A stretch of DNA of 38,203 nucleotides from assembly GCF_001194135.2 (NCBI RefSeq), contig NC_068983.1, forward strand, positions 44,188,618 to 44,226,820, in the 5' to 3' direction. Below, piece after piece: positions 1 through 12,644 of the stretch (position 1 is the stretch's first letter; each line of letters starts with the position of its first letter). The notes under the pieces are model-generated. The model saw nothing but the letters and a program-made list of their open reading frames with translations, searched no databases and had not been told where the DNA came from. This DNA is from Octopus bimaculoides (taxonomy: Eukaryota). The position numbers and the translations under genes were made by a program.

Positions 1-59
<59 letters not shown>

Positions 60-600
60 TTGCGAAGAATTTTGGCTGGTACCTTATTAGCACTGATATA
101 ATCCAGATCTGGCTAACCACATCGAATGATAGGGAATATGAACTGCAACGGAATGCACATAAATGTGACATCAAAGGATGTTAGGAGACTTATCCAGGAG
201 AAGCACGCGTTGGATTGGAATATGATGTGAATAAGAATGCAATAGACACATTTTGAAGACGTATTTATTTAGAGACATACATAATACATATATGTATATA
301 TACACACACAGGTACACACACACACATACATACATACAGATACACACACATACACACATGCACATGTAACACACACACCACCCACACACACACAACACAC
401 ACACACATACAACACATACATACAACACATACATACATACACACATACATACACATACAACACGTACACACAACATACATACACATACACACACAACATA
501 CATACATACACATACATACAACACATACATACATACACATACATACACATACATATACATACACATACACACATACTTATAACACACACACAATATATGT
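1..600. repeat. (AT)n plus degenerate (CA)/(TACA)n simple repeats
   Basis: (AT)25 at 1-50 and a long CA/CATA tract at about 280-595. These generate the spurious VCVCMY ORFs. Confidence 0.95.
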
Positions 601-999
601 GCCCCTGACTACCTTGGTGCTTTTGTTACTGAATTACCTTGATTCTATTGGATCCTGAAAATTTTACACACACACACACACACAAGCTTGCACTTTATCC
701 AGAGTAATTTCTATAATCCGATGGTTATAGACACACATTTCACTTGCAATGGATGGAAATGAATCGAGTGTTTGGAGGAGATAAGAATTTAACACACAAT
801 GTTTATCGAATGTGGAATTGGGGAGATGGAGGGTGTGTGTGGTGGGAGAGCAAATCGGGGGGGNNNNNNNNNNNNNNNNNNNNNNNNNNNNNNNNNNNNN
901 NNNNNNNNNNNNNNNNNNNNNNNNNNNNNNNNNNNNNNNNNNNNNNNNNNNNNNNNNGGCAATGGGGAGGGGGTAAAATATACAGGGGAAAGAGAAAGT

Positions 1000-1174
1000 G
1001 ACAGTGTATGTGTGTGTGTGTACAAGTGATAGACAGACGGATAGGAAGCAAGAGAGAGAGAGAGAGAGAGAGAAATACAGAGAGATACAGATGGCGGGAG
1101 AGATAGGGAGACAGACAGACAGACAGTAAATATGTAAAAGGGAGATTTATCCTGAGATAGGAAAAAGAGAGAGA

Positions 1175-1218
<44 letters not shown>

Positions 1219-1525
1219 GAGAGAGACAGAGAGCGAGAAAAAGGCAGATAATAAAAGACAGAAAGTAAAAGAAAATAGAAAGAGAGGTAGATAGACTGTA
1301 AGGAAAAGAGAGGGAGTAAATGAGAGAGACATACTCAGAGAAGGAGAGATAGAAAGATCATAAAAGAGACAAAAGGTAAAACAGAAACAATAAATGAAAG
1401 AGAGAGAGAGAGAGAGAGAGAGAATAAAAAAGAGATAGATATACTGTACATAAGTGAGAGAGAGAGAAAAAGACAATAAGAAATAGATATGAAAATATCA
1501 AAAGAAAGACAGTAAAAGACAGACA
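1000..1525. repeat. (GA)n/(GACA)n purine-rich simple repeat
   Basis: Visible directly; source of the SLSLSL ORFs. Confidence 0.9.
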
Positions 1526-1571
1526 TGAGAAGTTTTGTCTACTTAAAAGTTCCATTGAGAAATAAACTTAC

Positions 1572-1618
1572 CGAAGGTGTCCTGGAATACAACTTATTTT
1601 AACATGTTCCACCGAGAA
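1572..1618 (-). CDS. Candidate small exon (FSVEHVKISCIPGHLR)
   Basis: Island of unique sequence between simple repeats. Acceptor tgtctgtctgtttgcag, donor TCG|gtaagt, 47 nt, only the phase-0 frame is open. No recognised homology. Confidence 0.35.
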
Positions 1619-1849
1619 CTGCAAACAGACAGACACACACACTGTCTATACACACATACAGTATATAAAAAACAATCTGTGTGTATATATATATATATTA
1701 TATATGACAGTATATGGTACAGAGCCACTCCACTAACACCACTCCTCCTCACTCACTCCCTCCCTCCCTCCACGCAACACACTCCCACTCTCACATGTAG
1801 ATACAGCGACAGAGTCACTCATGAGTGTAAATTCATGACAGTACTTAGG

Positions 1850-2095
1850 TGCTGGTAGCAGCAGGTTTTAAAAAATTGTAGTGGTAGTAGTGGCAGTGGT
1901 GGTGGTAGTGGTGGTAGAGGTGACAGTAGAGGTAGTAGTAGTAGTAATAGTAGTATTAGTAGAGGTGACAGTAGTGGTGGTGGTTATAGCAACAGTAACA
2001 ATAGTAGTCATGAGTACTAGTAGTAGTAGTAGTAGTGGTGGTGATAGTAGTAATAATAGTAGTAGTGGTGGTGGTGGTGGTGGTAATAGTAAGAA
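1850..2095. repeat. (GTA/GTG)n trinucleotide low-complexity tract
   Basis: Visible directly; source of the poly-Val and poly-Thr ORFs. Confidence 0.9.
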
Positions 2096-2699
2096 CTAAA
2101 CCTTCAGTTCTTAACCAGTCCCCACCAGACACAGAAGAAAAATCCCCCACCCCAGTGAAATGGTGTAAAAGTTTCCTTGTTGACACCAATTCCATTTACT
2201 CAGGGCAGCTGCTAATGCCACTGAGAAAGGCATGAACATCACACAGTCTTGTTTTTTTCTCTCCTACACAGAGGTGAATTGGCAAGAGTCATGAGAATGT
2301 TGGTATTATGAATGTGTGTGCTCCGAGTTCAATCCATACTAATGTCAACTGTACTTTCCATCCTCTCAGGGTTGAAAGACAAAGAACCAACACAGGGAAG
2401 TGGATCATTGGAAGAGTAAGAACACCAAACTTAATGCCTATAGTATTTGTTCTGGCCCTGTGTTCTGAGTTCGAATCCTGTTATAGCCTACTTAAGCAGT
2501 AGGCTTAATTCCATCTCCCAGTTTAACACCATCACCTGCTACCCTGAGTACAGTTGGTGGACAGAGTAAAGTCAGGTCTCCAGTTTGAGGAAATCTTCTC
2601 ACCCTCCCTGTCACTTTCATGAGTCTCAGACACCCTCTGCCTTCCATCGTAACATGCAGTGAAAATCCCACCTTCCACAATTTTTGCTTTTAGTTAAAT

Positions 2700-2990
2700 T
2701 ACATCAGGTTATGCGAAAGTGATTTCAAAAGATGTCACACAAACCACTTATCTTCTTTTGCAGCACATCAACAAATGTGAAGCCATGAAGACCAAATCCA
2801 TACCACATACGAGTGGTGAATCAGAGAAATCCAAGACATATGTTAATGGATCTAAGAAATGCAAATTATGTGTAGCTGAAAGATTGCATATTCGTTTTAG
2901 CTCCAAGAATTCCACCACACTACTGGATTATAGACCCGAAATTTTCAGCAAATGCAAACATATGGACAAATTTCTTTTAGCAAACTGGAG
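2700..2990 (+). mobile_element. Penelope-like element GIY-YIG endonuclease remnant (frameshifted)
   Basis: One frame reads YIRLCESDFKRCHTNHLSSF (YIG.CE..FK.R..NH..SF-like). Another reads KTYVNGSKKCKLCVAERLHI...LLDYRPEIFSKCKHMDKFLL, the C.LC..EK..I..LN.R.E...C.H..K.LL signature of PLE endonucleases. Confidence 0.8.
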
Positions 2991-3354
2991 GACATCACCA
3001 TCTAAAGATGGAGCAGCTGCCTTGCAGACTTTGGACCACTCTCCTTTTAATTATTTTACAACTAGCTTAATTATAGCTTTACAGCCAAAGGGGATATAAC
3101 TAATTTTCTTTTTCCCCCCATTCACACTTTTTGCATCTACTATCTCATTTTTTCTTGCAATTTCTCTTCTTTCAGCATCCTGTTTTGCAAACTGAATAGA
3201 TCACGTGCCCAGAGCATGAAGTTGCTCGGAGACCCAAGGCATGTTATAAAAACATGCCTAGACCCACATCTTCAAAGTAAGAAACTATTAGTAGCTTGTA
3301 TCTTTGTATTTTGTACATTAAATGATATTACACACACACACACGTGTATGTAAG

Positions 3355-3600
3355 TTTGTGTCTCTTTGTCTTGACATCATGTAATAGTTGTAAATGAATG
3401 TAACCGACATACTAGCAGCGTCCTTTGTTTCCAAGCTTTCATCAAAAAAGATGTCTGATCATGGAGAAATATTACCTTACTTAGAAACAGGTGAGGGTTT
3501 GCATCAAGAAGGGCATTCAACTACAGAAAACAGGCCTCATATAAACCCCGTCTGACCCATGAAAGCATGGGAAATGGATAGTAAAACAAAGGTGATGACG
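3355..3600 (+). mobile_element. Interspersed repeat (SINE-like) sharing an RTE-like tail
   Basis: Motif ggaaatattaccttacttagaaacaggtgagggtt...aagggcat recurs at about 36060-36270(+), 28985-29420(-), 24420-24660 and 33040-33135(-). Confidence 0.65.
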
Positions 3601-3631
3601 ACATGCATATATGTGCGTGTATTATATGTAT

Positions 3632-3669
<38 letters not shown>

Positions 3670-5799
3670 AATATACACATGTATGTATATATTACAAACA
3701 CACACATAACTAGCTTCTTCTTGTTTCTGTCTACCAAATCCACTGATAGGGCTTCGGTCGGTCCAAGTACCACGCAGTGGGACTGAACTCAGAACAATGC
3801 AGTTGAGAAGCAAACTTCTTACCACACAACCACATCTGCACATGTATGTATGTATGTATGTATATATTACGAACACACTGACATGTCCGATAGATTTCCT
3901 TCCTCCTAATTCCAGCCATGATCCAAAGAATAATAAAAGAGTGGTTGGGTGTTAAAACGAATTGGAGGGAGAGAATAGCTGGGGTGAAATGGGGGGGGGG
4001 TAAAGAAAGTTGAGAGAATAAACTTAAGGGGGAAACCAAAGTGGGGGCGGGGACTGATAATAGAGAAATGAGAGCAGCATAGGAGGAGCATTGTGGAAGC
4101 ATGAAAAATAGCAGGGAGAGGCAGAAGGGAAAGTTATACAAAGAGATAAAAGAAGTGAAAGGTGAAGGAAGAGGTGTGTGTGGGAGGGAGGTGTTTAGGA
4201 ATGGGAGTGGGGGAGCTTTTGAAAGCCATGGAGGGGCGGGAAGGCACTACCAGGAAGAAAGGAGAAAGGTGCGTTTGTTTATATATATATAAACACACAT
4301 AATGCACACACGCAAATGATGGTAAGAGAGGATTGACAGTAGTGCGAACAAGATTAAGATATTTCCTACTTCCACACCTTTAAAAAGGTATTCTTTTATG
4401 ACTACTTGCCTGATATTTCCATCACAAACACAGGCATACCTTTAAGAATTCTATTAAAAAGTCATGTAGAAGAAACCATTACTGTTGGAGAATGGTGAAT
4501 CTGAACAGGATTCTGTCCTAAACAGACAATGGCCACTTTATGGGTTTGATCGTTTTGTTACCACAGTTCTAATGAAATCCACTGTTTTTGTTTGTTTCAA
4601 TTAATTTTGTAATGATAGGTGTTTCCGTCATTAGACTGTGGCCATGCTGGGGCACCACATTCAAGAAATTTAACTTGAATGAATCAACTGCAGTACTTAT
4701 TTTTTTTAAAGCCTGGTACTTTATCAGTCTCTTTTGTTGAACCACTAAGTTACAGGGAGATAAACACACCAACACTGGTTAAGCAGTGGTGGAGGACAAG
4801 CATGAATACAAAGACATATATACACACACCTCTCTCTCTCTCTTCCCCCACGTGACCGGTGCTCAGCCAAGCCTGACCTTTCTTTCTTGGTTCGGCCACT
4901 GTCCGTGCAACATCTATATTCTTCCCTGTGCCTGTGAAATCTTGTATCCCTGCCATAAGGCTTTAACTCCACAATCTAATTCGTCCTTAGTCAAAAGACA
5001 CCCGTTGTTATGTCCTGTTATTTGTATTTGTGTAACCTTCTCCGTTTTTTTTCCCATCCTTGTTTTCGTATACATTCACTGCTTTCTTCCAAGGAATCTA
5101 ATGCTCTTAGCTTAGTTTTTCCATGGGGCTGGCCAGATTGGAGCAATCTCAAGTATAACCAACCAAAATTGCAAAGATAATCTGGAACTCGACTGAGGAA
5201 AGAAAACTCCGAATGATCTGTCCTTGTTTTCTTTGTATCGTCTATCTGGATGTTTTGTTGTCCCTTTCTTGTATCNNNNNNNNNNNNNNNNNNNNNNNNN
5301 NNNNNNNNNNNNNNNNNNNNNNNNNNNNNNNNNNNNNNNNNNNNNNNNNNNNNNNNNNNNNNNNNNNNNNNNNNNNNNNNNNNNNNNNNNNNNNNNNNNN
5401 NNNNNNNNNNNNNNNNNNNNNNNNNNNNNNNNNNNNNNNNNNNNNNNNNNNNNNNNNNNNNNNNNNNNNNNNNNNNNNNNNNNNNNNNNNNNNNNNNNNN
5501 NNNNNNNNNNNNNNNNNNNNNNNNNNNNNNNNNNNNNNNNNNNNNNNNNNNNNNNNNNNNNNNNNNNNNNNNNNNNNNNNNNNNNNNNNNNNNNNNNNNN
5601 NNNNNNNNNNNNNNNNNNNNNNNNNNNNNNNNNNNNAAATCACTAATAGTTAGTGAATTAATGACTGTTTTTTTATTTTAAAACTTGTAAATTAGATTAA
5701 TTATGCATCAGAGCCTAAAGAAAGTTGTTAATTATGTACAGAGCCCAAAGAAATGCTGCTAAGCATTTTGTCCAACATGGTAACGATTCTGCCAGCTTG

Positions 5800-6140
5800 A
5801 TGATGATAATTCATCATTATCATTTAATGTCCGTTGTCCATGCTGGAATGGGTTGGATGGTTTGACCAGGGCTGGTAAGCTGGAAAGCTGCACCAGACTC
5901 CAGTCTGATTTGGCGTGGTTTTCTACAGCTGGATGCCCTTCTTAATGCCAACTACTCCGAGAGTATAAAGGGTGCGTTTACGTGCCACTGGCACAGGTGC
6001 CATTTGTGCGACACCAGTACCTGCCATGACTGATTTTGCTTGGCTTGATGGGTCTTCTCAAGTATGACAATGTCAAAGGTCTAGGTCATTGCCTCCGTGA
6101 GGCCCAACACTCGAAAGGAAATCAGCCACTTTGTCTCTGT
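5800..6140 (-). mobile_element. RTE LINE 3' fragment with (GAT)n tail
   Basis: Matches the 3' part of 26102-26945 (cttgagaagacccatcaagccaag, ggaagggcatccagctgtag, ccagcatggacaacggacattaaatgat). Similar tails at about 11525-11680(-), 14050-14280(-), 18890-19085(-), 20540-20590(+), 22260-22410(+), 29660-30040(+), 30530-30610(+) and 35595-35785(-). Confidence 0.8.
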
Positions 6141-6966
6141 AATAAAAATAATAATCCTTTCTACCATAGGCACAAGGCCTGAAATTTAGGAGGTAGGACT
6201 AGCCAATTATATTGACCCTAATGTTTCACTGGTACTTAATTTATCAACCCCAAAAGGACAAAAGGCAAAGTCGACCTTGGCAGAATTTGAACTCAGAACA
6301 TAAGGATTGACACCACTAAGCATTTCGCCCAGCATGCTGACCGGTCTATCAGCGCACCACTTTTGGTTTCAAGCTTTGGCCAATGGCCAGAAATTCTGAG
6401 TGATGGGGAAAAGTTGGTTACATCGACCCCAGTGTTCAACTGGTATATCTTTTATTTATCCTGAAAGATGAAAGGCAAAGTCAGAAGCCCAGAACACGAA
6501 GACAGATGAAATGCTACTAAGCATTTTGCCCAATGGGGTAATAATTCTGCCAGCTTGTGACCTTAATAATAATAGTCCTTTCTACCAAGGGCACAAGGCC
6601 TGAAATTTACAGGGCTAGTCGATTACATCGACCCCAGTGTTTCACTGGCACTCATTCTATTGACCCTGAAAGAATGAAAGGAAAAGTTGACCTCAGCAGA
6701 ATTTGAACTCAGAATGTAGTGACAGGTGAAATGCTGCTAAGCATTTTGCCTGCTGTGCTAATGATTCTGCCAGCTCACCAACAATTCTAATTTTGGCACA
6801 AGGCCAGAAATTTCAAGGGAGGGCGCAAGTGGATTACATTGACCCCAGTACTTGACTGGTACTGTATTTCATTGACAACGAAAGCATGAAGGGCAAAGTT
6901 GACTGTGGTGGAATTTTAACTCCAAATATAAAGAGCTGGGAGCTGGAAGAAATGCCACAAGGCATT
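6141..6966 (-). mobile_element. Head-to-tail cluster of four OK-like SINE copies
   Basis: Repeated blocks gcacaaggcctgaaattt...cgaccccagt...aaaggcaaagtcgacct...gaatttgaactcagaa...ctaagcattt...ctgccagct at about 6141-6360, 6361-6562, 6563-6781 and 6785-6966. Confidence 0.85.
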
Positions 6967-8100
6967 TTTTTTTTTTTTTTTTTTTTGCTGTGCTGAAATG
7001 ATTTCACAAGCAAGGGTTAAGAAGAGTCTTTGACAATGGCCACCACCAACAAATGTAGGTACTTTTGAGCTGGACATAATTATTTTTGTAAAGTTTATTT
7101 GCCAACAAAATGCGACAGTTCTATACAGGACGGTGTTACTGCTGTTTAGCCCCAGGTAAACATCTTTTCCAGCTGGCTACCATCACAGTTTGTGTCCATA
7201 TAGCAGGAGCAAGTGAGTTTATCGCTCCCATCTCTAGCCATCATGATACTCATAGGCCTAGGTTTCTGCAATTATTTCTGCAAACCTTAAAGACAAGTTA
7301 TAAGGGAATAACTAGCATCCTATCCCGAGGGAGACTTGTCTCCCTTATCTGTTTAATATTCCGCACTCAAACACTGGCTGTAGGGACTGTTGCTGTGAAA
7401 GGATTAATTTCTATTTTTACTTCCCATCAATAACAGAACTGACACACCAACCTTGGATACAGAGGGGGTGGAGAGGAGGGACTATAAATAACCCCAAAGA
7501 ATGCTTTATTTATTCAAGGGTATTAACTTTCTGTAATCTCAATGTTAATCTACTCTAACCCAGAAGAATTTGAAGAGAACCTGTCAAATAAATCTACATA
7601 AATAGCCATGNNNNNNNNNNNNNNNNNNNNNNNNNNNNNNNNNNNNNNNNNNNNNNNNNNNNNNNNNNNNNNNNNNNNNNNNNNNNNNNNNNNNNNNNNN
7701 NNNNNNNNNNNNNNNNNNNNNNNNNNNNNNNNNNNNNNNNNNNNNNNNNNNNNNNNNNNNNNNNNNNNNNNNNNNNNNNNNNNNNNNNNNNNNNNNNNNN
7801 NNNNNNNNNNNNNNNNNNNNNNNNNNNNNNNNNNNNNNNNNNNNNNNNNNNNNNATGATGATGATGGTGGGGGAGGAATAATGATGATGATGATAATAAT
7901 AGTAGTACCATTTATTATAGCTTATGTTGAATGCTCCTTTATTATCTCTACCTCTTCCCCCCTACCCACCTTTCTCTGAAAATTAAGTAAATAGTGCAAT
8001 CAGGTTTCAAGTTCTCAACCAGGTTTTTGGGTCACCCACCTAAATACTTTCATTATGTATTGACCATCCCACCGTTTGTTGTTGAATGATTATTATTATT

Positions 8101-8800
8101 GAGGCAGTGAGTTGGCATGCCAGACAAAATGCTTAGTAGGATTTTGTCTTTATGTTCTAGGTTCAAATTCTGTCAAGGTGGACTTTACCTTTCATCCTTT
8201 TGGGGTTGATAAACTAAGTACCAGTTGAACACTGAGGTTATTGTAATCGACTTACCTCCGACCTCAAAATTGTTGACCTTGTGCCAAATTATTATTATTA
8301 TTATTATGAGTAGTAGTAGTAGTAGTAGTAGTAATAAGGTGGCTAGCTAGCAGAACCGTTAGCATGCCAGGTGAAATGCTTAGCAGTATTTCATCTGCTG
8401 TTAGGTTCTGAGTTCAAATTCTGCCGTGGTCGACTTTGCCTTTCATTCTTTCGGGGTTGATAAAATTAGTACCAGTTACACACTGGGATTGAGGTAATCA
8501 ACCTAATCCCTTCCCTTAAATATGAGGCCTTGTGCTTCCAGTAGAAATGATTATTATTATTATTATTATTATTATTAAGGCAGCGAGCTGGCAGAATCAT
8601 TAGCACACTAGAAAAAATACGTAGTTGTATTTCAGTCGTCGCTACATTCTGAGTTCAAATTCTGCTGTGGTCGACTTCACCTTTCATCCTTTTGGGATCA
8701 ATTAAATAAGTACCAGTGGAATACTGGCGGTCGATATAACTGACTAGTCCCCTGCCCACAAATTTCAGGCCTTGTGCCTATAGTTGAAAAGACTTATTAT
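8101..8800 (+). mobile_element. Head-to-tail cluster of three OK-like SINE copies separated by (ATT)n/(AGT)n
   Basis: Copies at about 8101-8290, 8337-8552 and 8578-8800, each with gagctggcag...aaatgcttag...gagttcaaattctg...ctttcatcc...aagtaccag. Confidence 0.85.
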
Positions 8801-9336
8801 TATTATTATAATTATATTGAGCTTTCAATCCAGCTCCCTGATACTCTCTAACCAGCTCATTTATAGTACGTACCAGTTCCCCTCTCCACCTCCACCACAG
8901 GACTAAAGCAGGACAGATTCGTCCAGTGGGTTTCTCTTTGACAAATACCTAACTAACAGGAGTCTATTATTTAGAGGTGAATACAAATGAATTTCCCATT
9001 TGGCCCATGTAAGCACGCAAACATAGACCTGACAACAATGTTGACAACAAGGATGATGACGAGTAAGTGTGTGAGTGTAATAGACAAGTAAATACTAGAA
9101 TAAAGCCAAGTGCAAATTTGTGACTTCATGGCTGAAAGGTTTCACTTTCCTTCGTTAGTCTGGATTTAATTAGCTAAGAATCTACATACAAGCTGCAAAG
9201 TGACTCAGATGCTGTTTCCTGTTTGTTGTTGCTGAACAATTATTCCAGCCCCATCCCAGAGAAAGAAAGAAACTGCATAAATCTTTTTGTTCTATTTCAC
9301 ATCTGGAATTCAGGTTATGACAATAACTAAAGGTGT

Positions 9337-9371
<35 letters not shown>

Positions 9372-10125
9372 AAAAGCAAGATAGCAATAAAGGCAGCAGA
9401 TTGTTTGGTTACTAAATTTCAAAACCTCACTGGAACCTAAATTCGTGCTACAGTCAGAATATTCATTCAACGATTTCAAACATTATTTATAAGTCGGGAC
9501 CATTTTAAACAGACATAAACTGGAATGAAGGATGATAATAAAAAAGCGGGAGCTAACAAATATAGTTTGAGTTTGTCACACTTCGTACAGAAATAGTTGG
9601 ACAGGGAGAACAATCTGGAACGTTGAATCATTTTCAGAAATGAGGTTTGCATGTGTGTGTGTTTGTGTTGGAGGTGGAGGCAATTAAACGGAGGTGGAGA
9701 GGGGAGAAGAAAAATTTAAAGAATTTGGCACCTTGTGCTTTTGTAATTGCTCTGCAGAATATTGAAGAATGACAAAGAAACGCCCAGAAATGAGTACATA
9801 CACACATGTCCAGCAAGAAAATTTCAAACAATTTGTATTTTTAACCCTTTCCACTCCTCCACAACTGCAACCGTTTCCTTTCAGCCCTTCCTTCCAAGAT
9901 ATAACTCTACAACTAACACCGCCAGACAAGCCCTGTTAGTGCTTCCAAAAGAAAAAGAAAAATGATAGGTGAGTGGGGAACTGGAAATTTAACTTTTCGT
10001 GATGCAACATTATTAAACTGAAGACCTCACACAACCACAATCATAATTTCTGTGATTCATTCATATCTTATCTTAGATTTGCTATGTAAAAAATGGTCCC
10101 GACATCATGACACTCGACTTATTAA

Positions 10126-10305
10126 CCATTTAGCATTAAGATTACTGCCTAATATAATGCTTATTCAATCACATTGTTTTGAATTAATCATGCATTATTT
10201 CGTAGCTTCAAGATTTCAATGAAGTGATTGTTCATTGTAGAGAAGGTGTGAGAGGCCAGATCTGGCCTATTTAATCATAAAACAGGGAGAATATTTGGCC
10301 CAGAT
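10126..10305. mobile_element. piggyBac-like MITE, family B, right end replaced by (TG)n
   Basis: TTAA-ccatttagcatt start and shared internal motifs; the right TIR is absent. Confidence 0.6.
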
Positions 10306-10857
10306 GTGTGTGTGTGTGTGAGAGAAAGAGAGAGAGTATATGTGTGCGCGTGCACGTTTATAGTCTCTGAAAATGGTGTGAATATTACAATTCCATTCCT
10401 ATCTCATACAAATTCCAGGACTTCTGCTTAAATAAAAATTTATATGAGCACTTGTGTTCTTGTGCGTACATGGGAAAACAAAAACCTGTCTGTATGGTCA
10501 CTGAAGATTTATAAGTTAACAGAGATAATATCTTGAAATAAAAACATGGGAAGGGTGTGTGTGGGATTGGAAGAATAAACAAACAGCAGCCTTTCTGTGC
10601 TGTTAAGCTGAAAAGAAAGAACAGACAACAGATATGTCTGGCTCTACATCACCAACACCACCATTACTGCTGCTACCAAGATTTCATACAACTGTTCTGA
10701 TGTGAGTCACAAAGAACAGATAAATATGCAACAGGAATCAACCAGCCAACCAACTTTCCAGATGACGACAATAAAATAAACTGTTTCTTTTGCAAAGTAA
10801 AAAGGAAAAAAGAAACCCAAAAATGCAAAATGGCATTTACTTCTAAAGTAATTGCAT

Positions 10858-11237
10858 TCTTTTGTTAGTCATTTGACTGTGGCTATGCTGGAGCACTGCC
10901 TTTAGTCGAGCAAGTTGACCCCAGGACTTATTCTTTGTAAGCCGAGTACTTATTTTATTGAACTCTTTTGCCGAACCACTTAGTTATGGGAATGTAAACA
11001 CAGCGGCATTGGTTGTCAAGCAATGTTGGGGGGACAAACACAGATACACTAACATATACATACATACTTATATATGACAGACTTCTTTCAGTTTCCATCT
11101 ACCAAATCCACTCACAAGGCTTTGGTCGGCATGAGGCTATAGTAGAAGACACTTACCCAAGGTGCCACGTAGTGGGACTGAACTTAGAACCATGTGGTTG
11201 GTAAGCAAGCTACTTACCACACAGCCACTCCTGCGCC
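10858..11237 (-). mobile_element. Near full-length tRNA/CORE-type SINE (family A)
   Basis: Minus strand begins ggcgcaggagtggctgtgtgg (A box), ggttctaagttcagtccc (B-box-like), CORE-like ccttgggtaagtgtctt...ggaaactga, an internal (TG/TA)n slot, and tail ccagcatagccacagtcaaatgact. Confidence 0.85.
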
Positions 11238-12021
11238 ATTGATAAATTTATTTGAAGAAAGAAATACAAATAAAGGGAAAAAACCCATGAGACATTTGAA
11301 CCCTTTTAAATAGGATTGAAGTAGAACTGGAGGCAGGGCTCTGATATGTAGGATTCTGTTGAATCCTCCAAACCCATGCCAGCATGGTAGACAGTCATAT
11401 TATGATGATGATGGAACAAGCAAAAAATGGTAATAAAGGTTTTGGGGTATAAGTTCTATACCACAAGTTTTGTGGGTGAATCTAGTTGATAAGGCTAACC
11501 CTAAAATTTTACTGGTACTGGGTTATTATCATCATCATCATTTAACATCCATTGTCCATGCTGGCATAGACTGGTTAGTTTGACCAGAGCTGGCAGGCTG
11601 GGGGGCTGCACCAGACTCCAGTCTGATTTGGTATGGTTTCTATCGCTGGATGCCCTTCCCAATGCCAGTCAGTGTTTTGTGGTTACTTTGGCCAGAGAAC
11701 AATGCACCCCGCCAAAAAAAACTTCTCACCCAATAGAAGAATTTCTGACATCTTCACAAGAAGGGCAAATACTGTTTTGGCTCTTACCATTCATCTGAGG
11801 GGAGAGAGAAAGAGAGAGGGGGGAGGAAGGAGTGTTAATTTTGTTGCAAGTTAACAATCAAGCAGACAACACACACATACACACACAATTCCTCTTCCTT
11901 GCTCTCAAACTAAAAAAGCCCCAAATGTTAAATTCTTCACTCTTGACAGTAATTAAACTAATCAACCTCTTCTACTGACAAACTGATGTTGTCACTGACC
12001 ATAACCAGTTTCCTTGTATTC

Positions 12022-12243
12022 AATTTCTTTATTGCCCACAAGGGGCTAAACATAGAGAGGACAGACAAAGGGGTTAAGTCGATTACATCGACCCAGTGCG
12101 TAACTGGTACTTAATTTATCGACCCCGAAAGGATGAAAGGCAAAGTCGACCTCGGCGGAATTTGAACTCAGAACGTAACGGCAGACGAAATACCGCTAAG
12201 CATTTCGCCCGTTATGCTAACGTTTCTGCCAGCTCGCCGCCTT
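12022..12243 (-). mobile_element. Young-looking SINE, family OK-like (ggcggcgagctggcag... head)
   Basis: Retains CpGs that other copies have lost. Flanked by the 14-bp direct repeat gtttccttgtattc at 12008-12021 and 12244-12257. Confidence 0.85.
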
Positions 12244-12644
12244 GTTTCCTTGTATTCCTGATCTTCCTAATACAGAGATAAATCTTGCTGCCAAGAGAGA
12301 TGAAGAAAGGAATTTTGGATGGATCCAGTACAAATATATGCAATATTTATTTGTTAACCCAGACAGTAAGAAAATGGTAAATATAGAGACTGGAATCTCT
12401 GATCATCTCAAGGAGAGGAAGAAAACCTTGTCAAGTGGAGGGTGAGAAATGACAGAAACAGGAAACAGATGATGATGAAATGGTTATTAGTGAGGTTAAT
12501 AATGGTATTTCTCAAACTAACGAATTCCATTCTGCCAATGACATAAGTTAAAATGGAGACTTAATAAACCACTTCATAACTAAGTACACCATTATTATTG
12601 CTACTGCACTGTATTAAAAAGGAGAAAAAAACTGGTTAATTGTA

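Noticed and set aside
171-593. ORFs of 100-140 aa (VCVCMY...)
   Set aside because: Translations of CA/TACA microsatellites. The same applies to the SLSL, HTHT and poly-V ORFs and to all ORFs running through N gaps.
3192-3221. Possible hammerhead ribozyme downstream of the Penelope remnant
   Set aside because: The core reads CUGAAUAGA...GAAG rather than CUGANGA...GAAA, and stems I and III could not be built. At most a decayed relic.
4850-5275. Possible Penelope-associated LTR-like repeat before the gap
   Set aside because: It looks like an interspersed repeat from memory, but there is no second copy or clear coding motif in the window.
7110-7433. 107-aa plus-strand ORF and a 40-nt exon-like segment at 7173-7212
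   Set aside because: No recognisable domain, a weak acceptor and a non-triplet length.
8980-9140. Hydrophobic ORF of about 53 aa on the minus strand (MKSQICTWLYSSIY...)
   Set aside because: Hydrophobic short ORFs arise readily in T-rich sequence; there is no good splice support or homology.
12242-12445. Plus-strand ORF with an apparent acceptor (cttcctaatacag)
   Set aside because: The pyrimidine tract is largely the SINE target-site duplication, there is no donor, and no homology was recognised.
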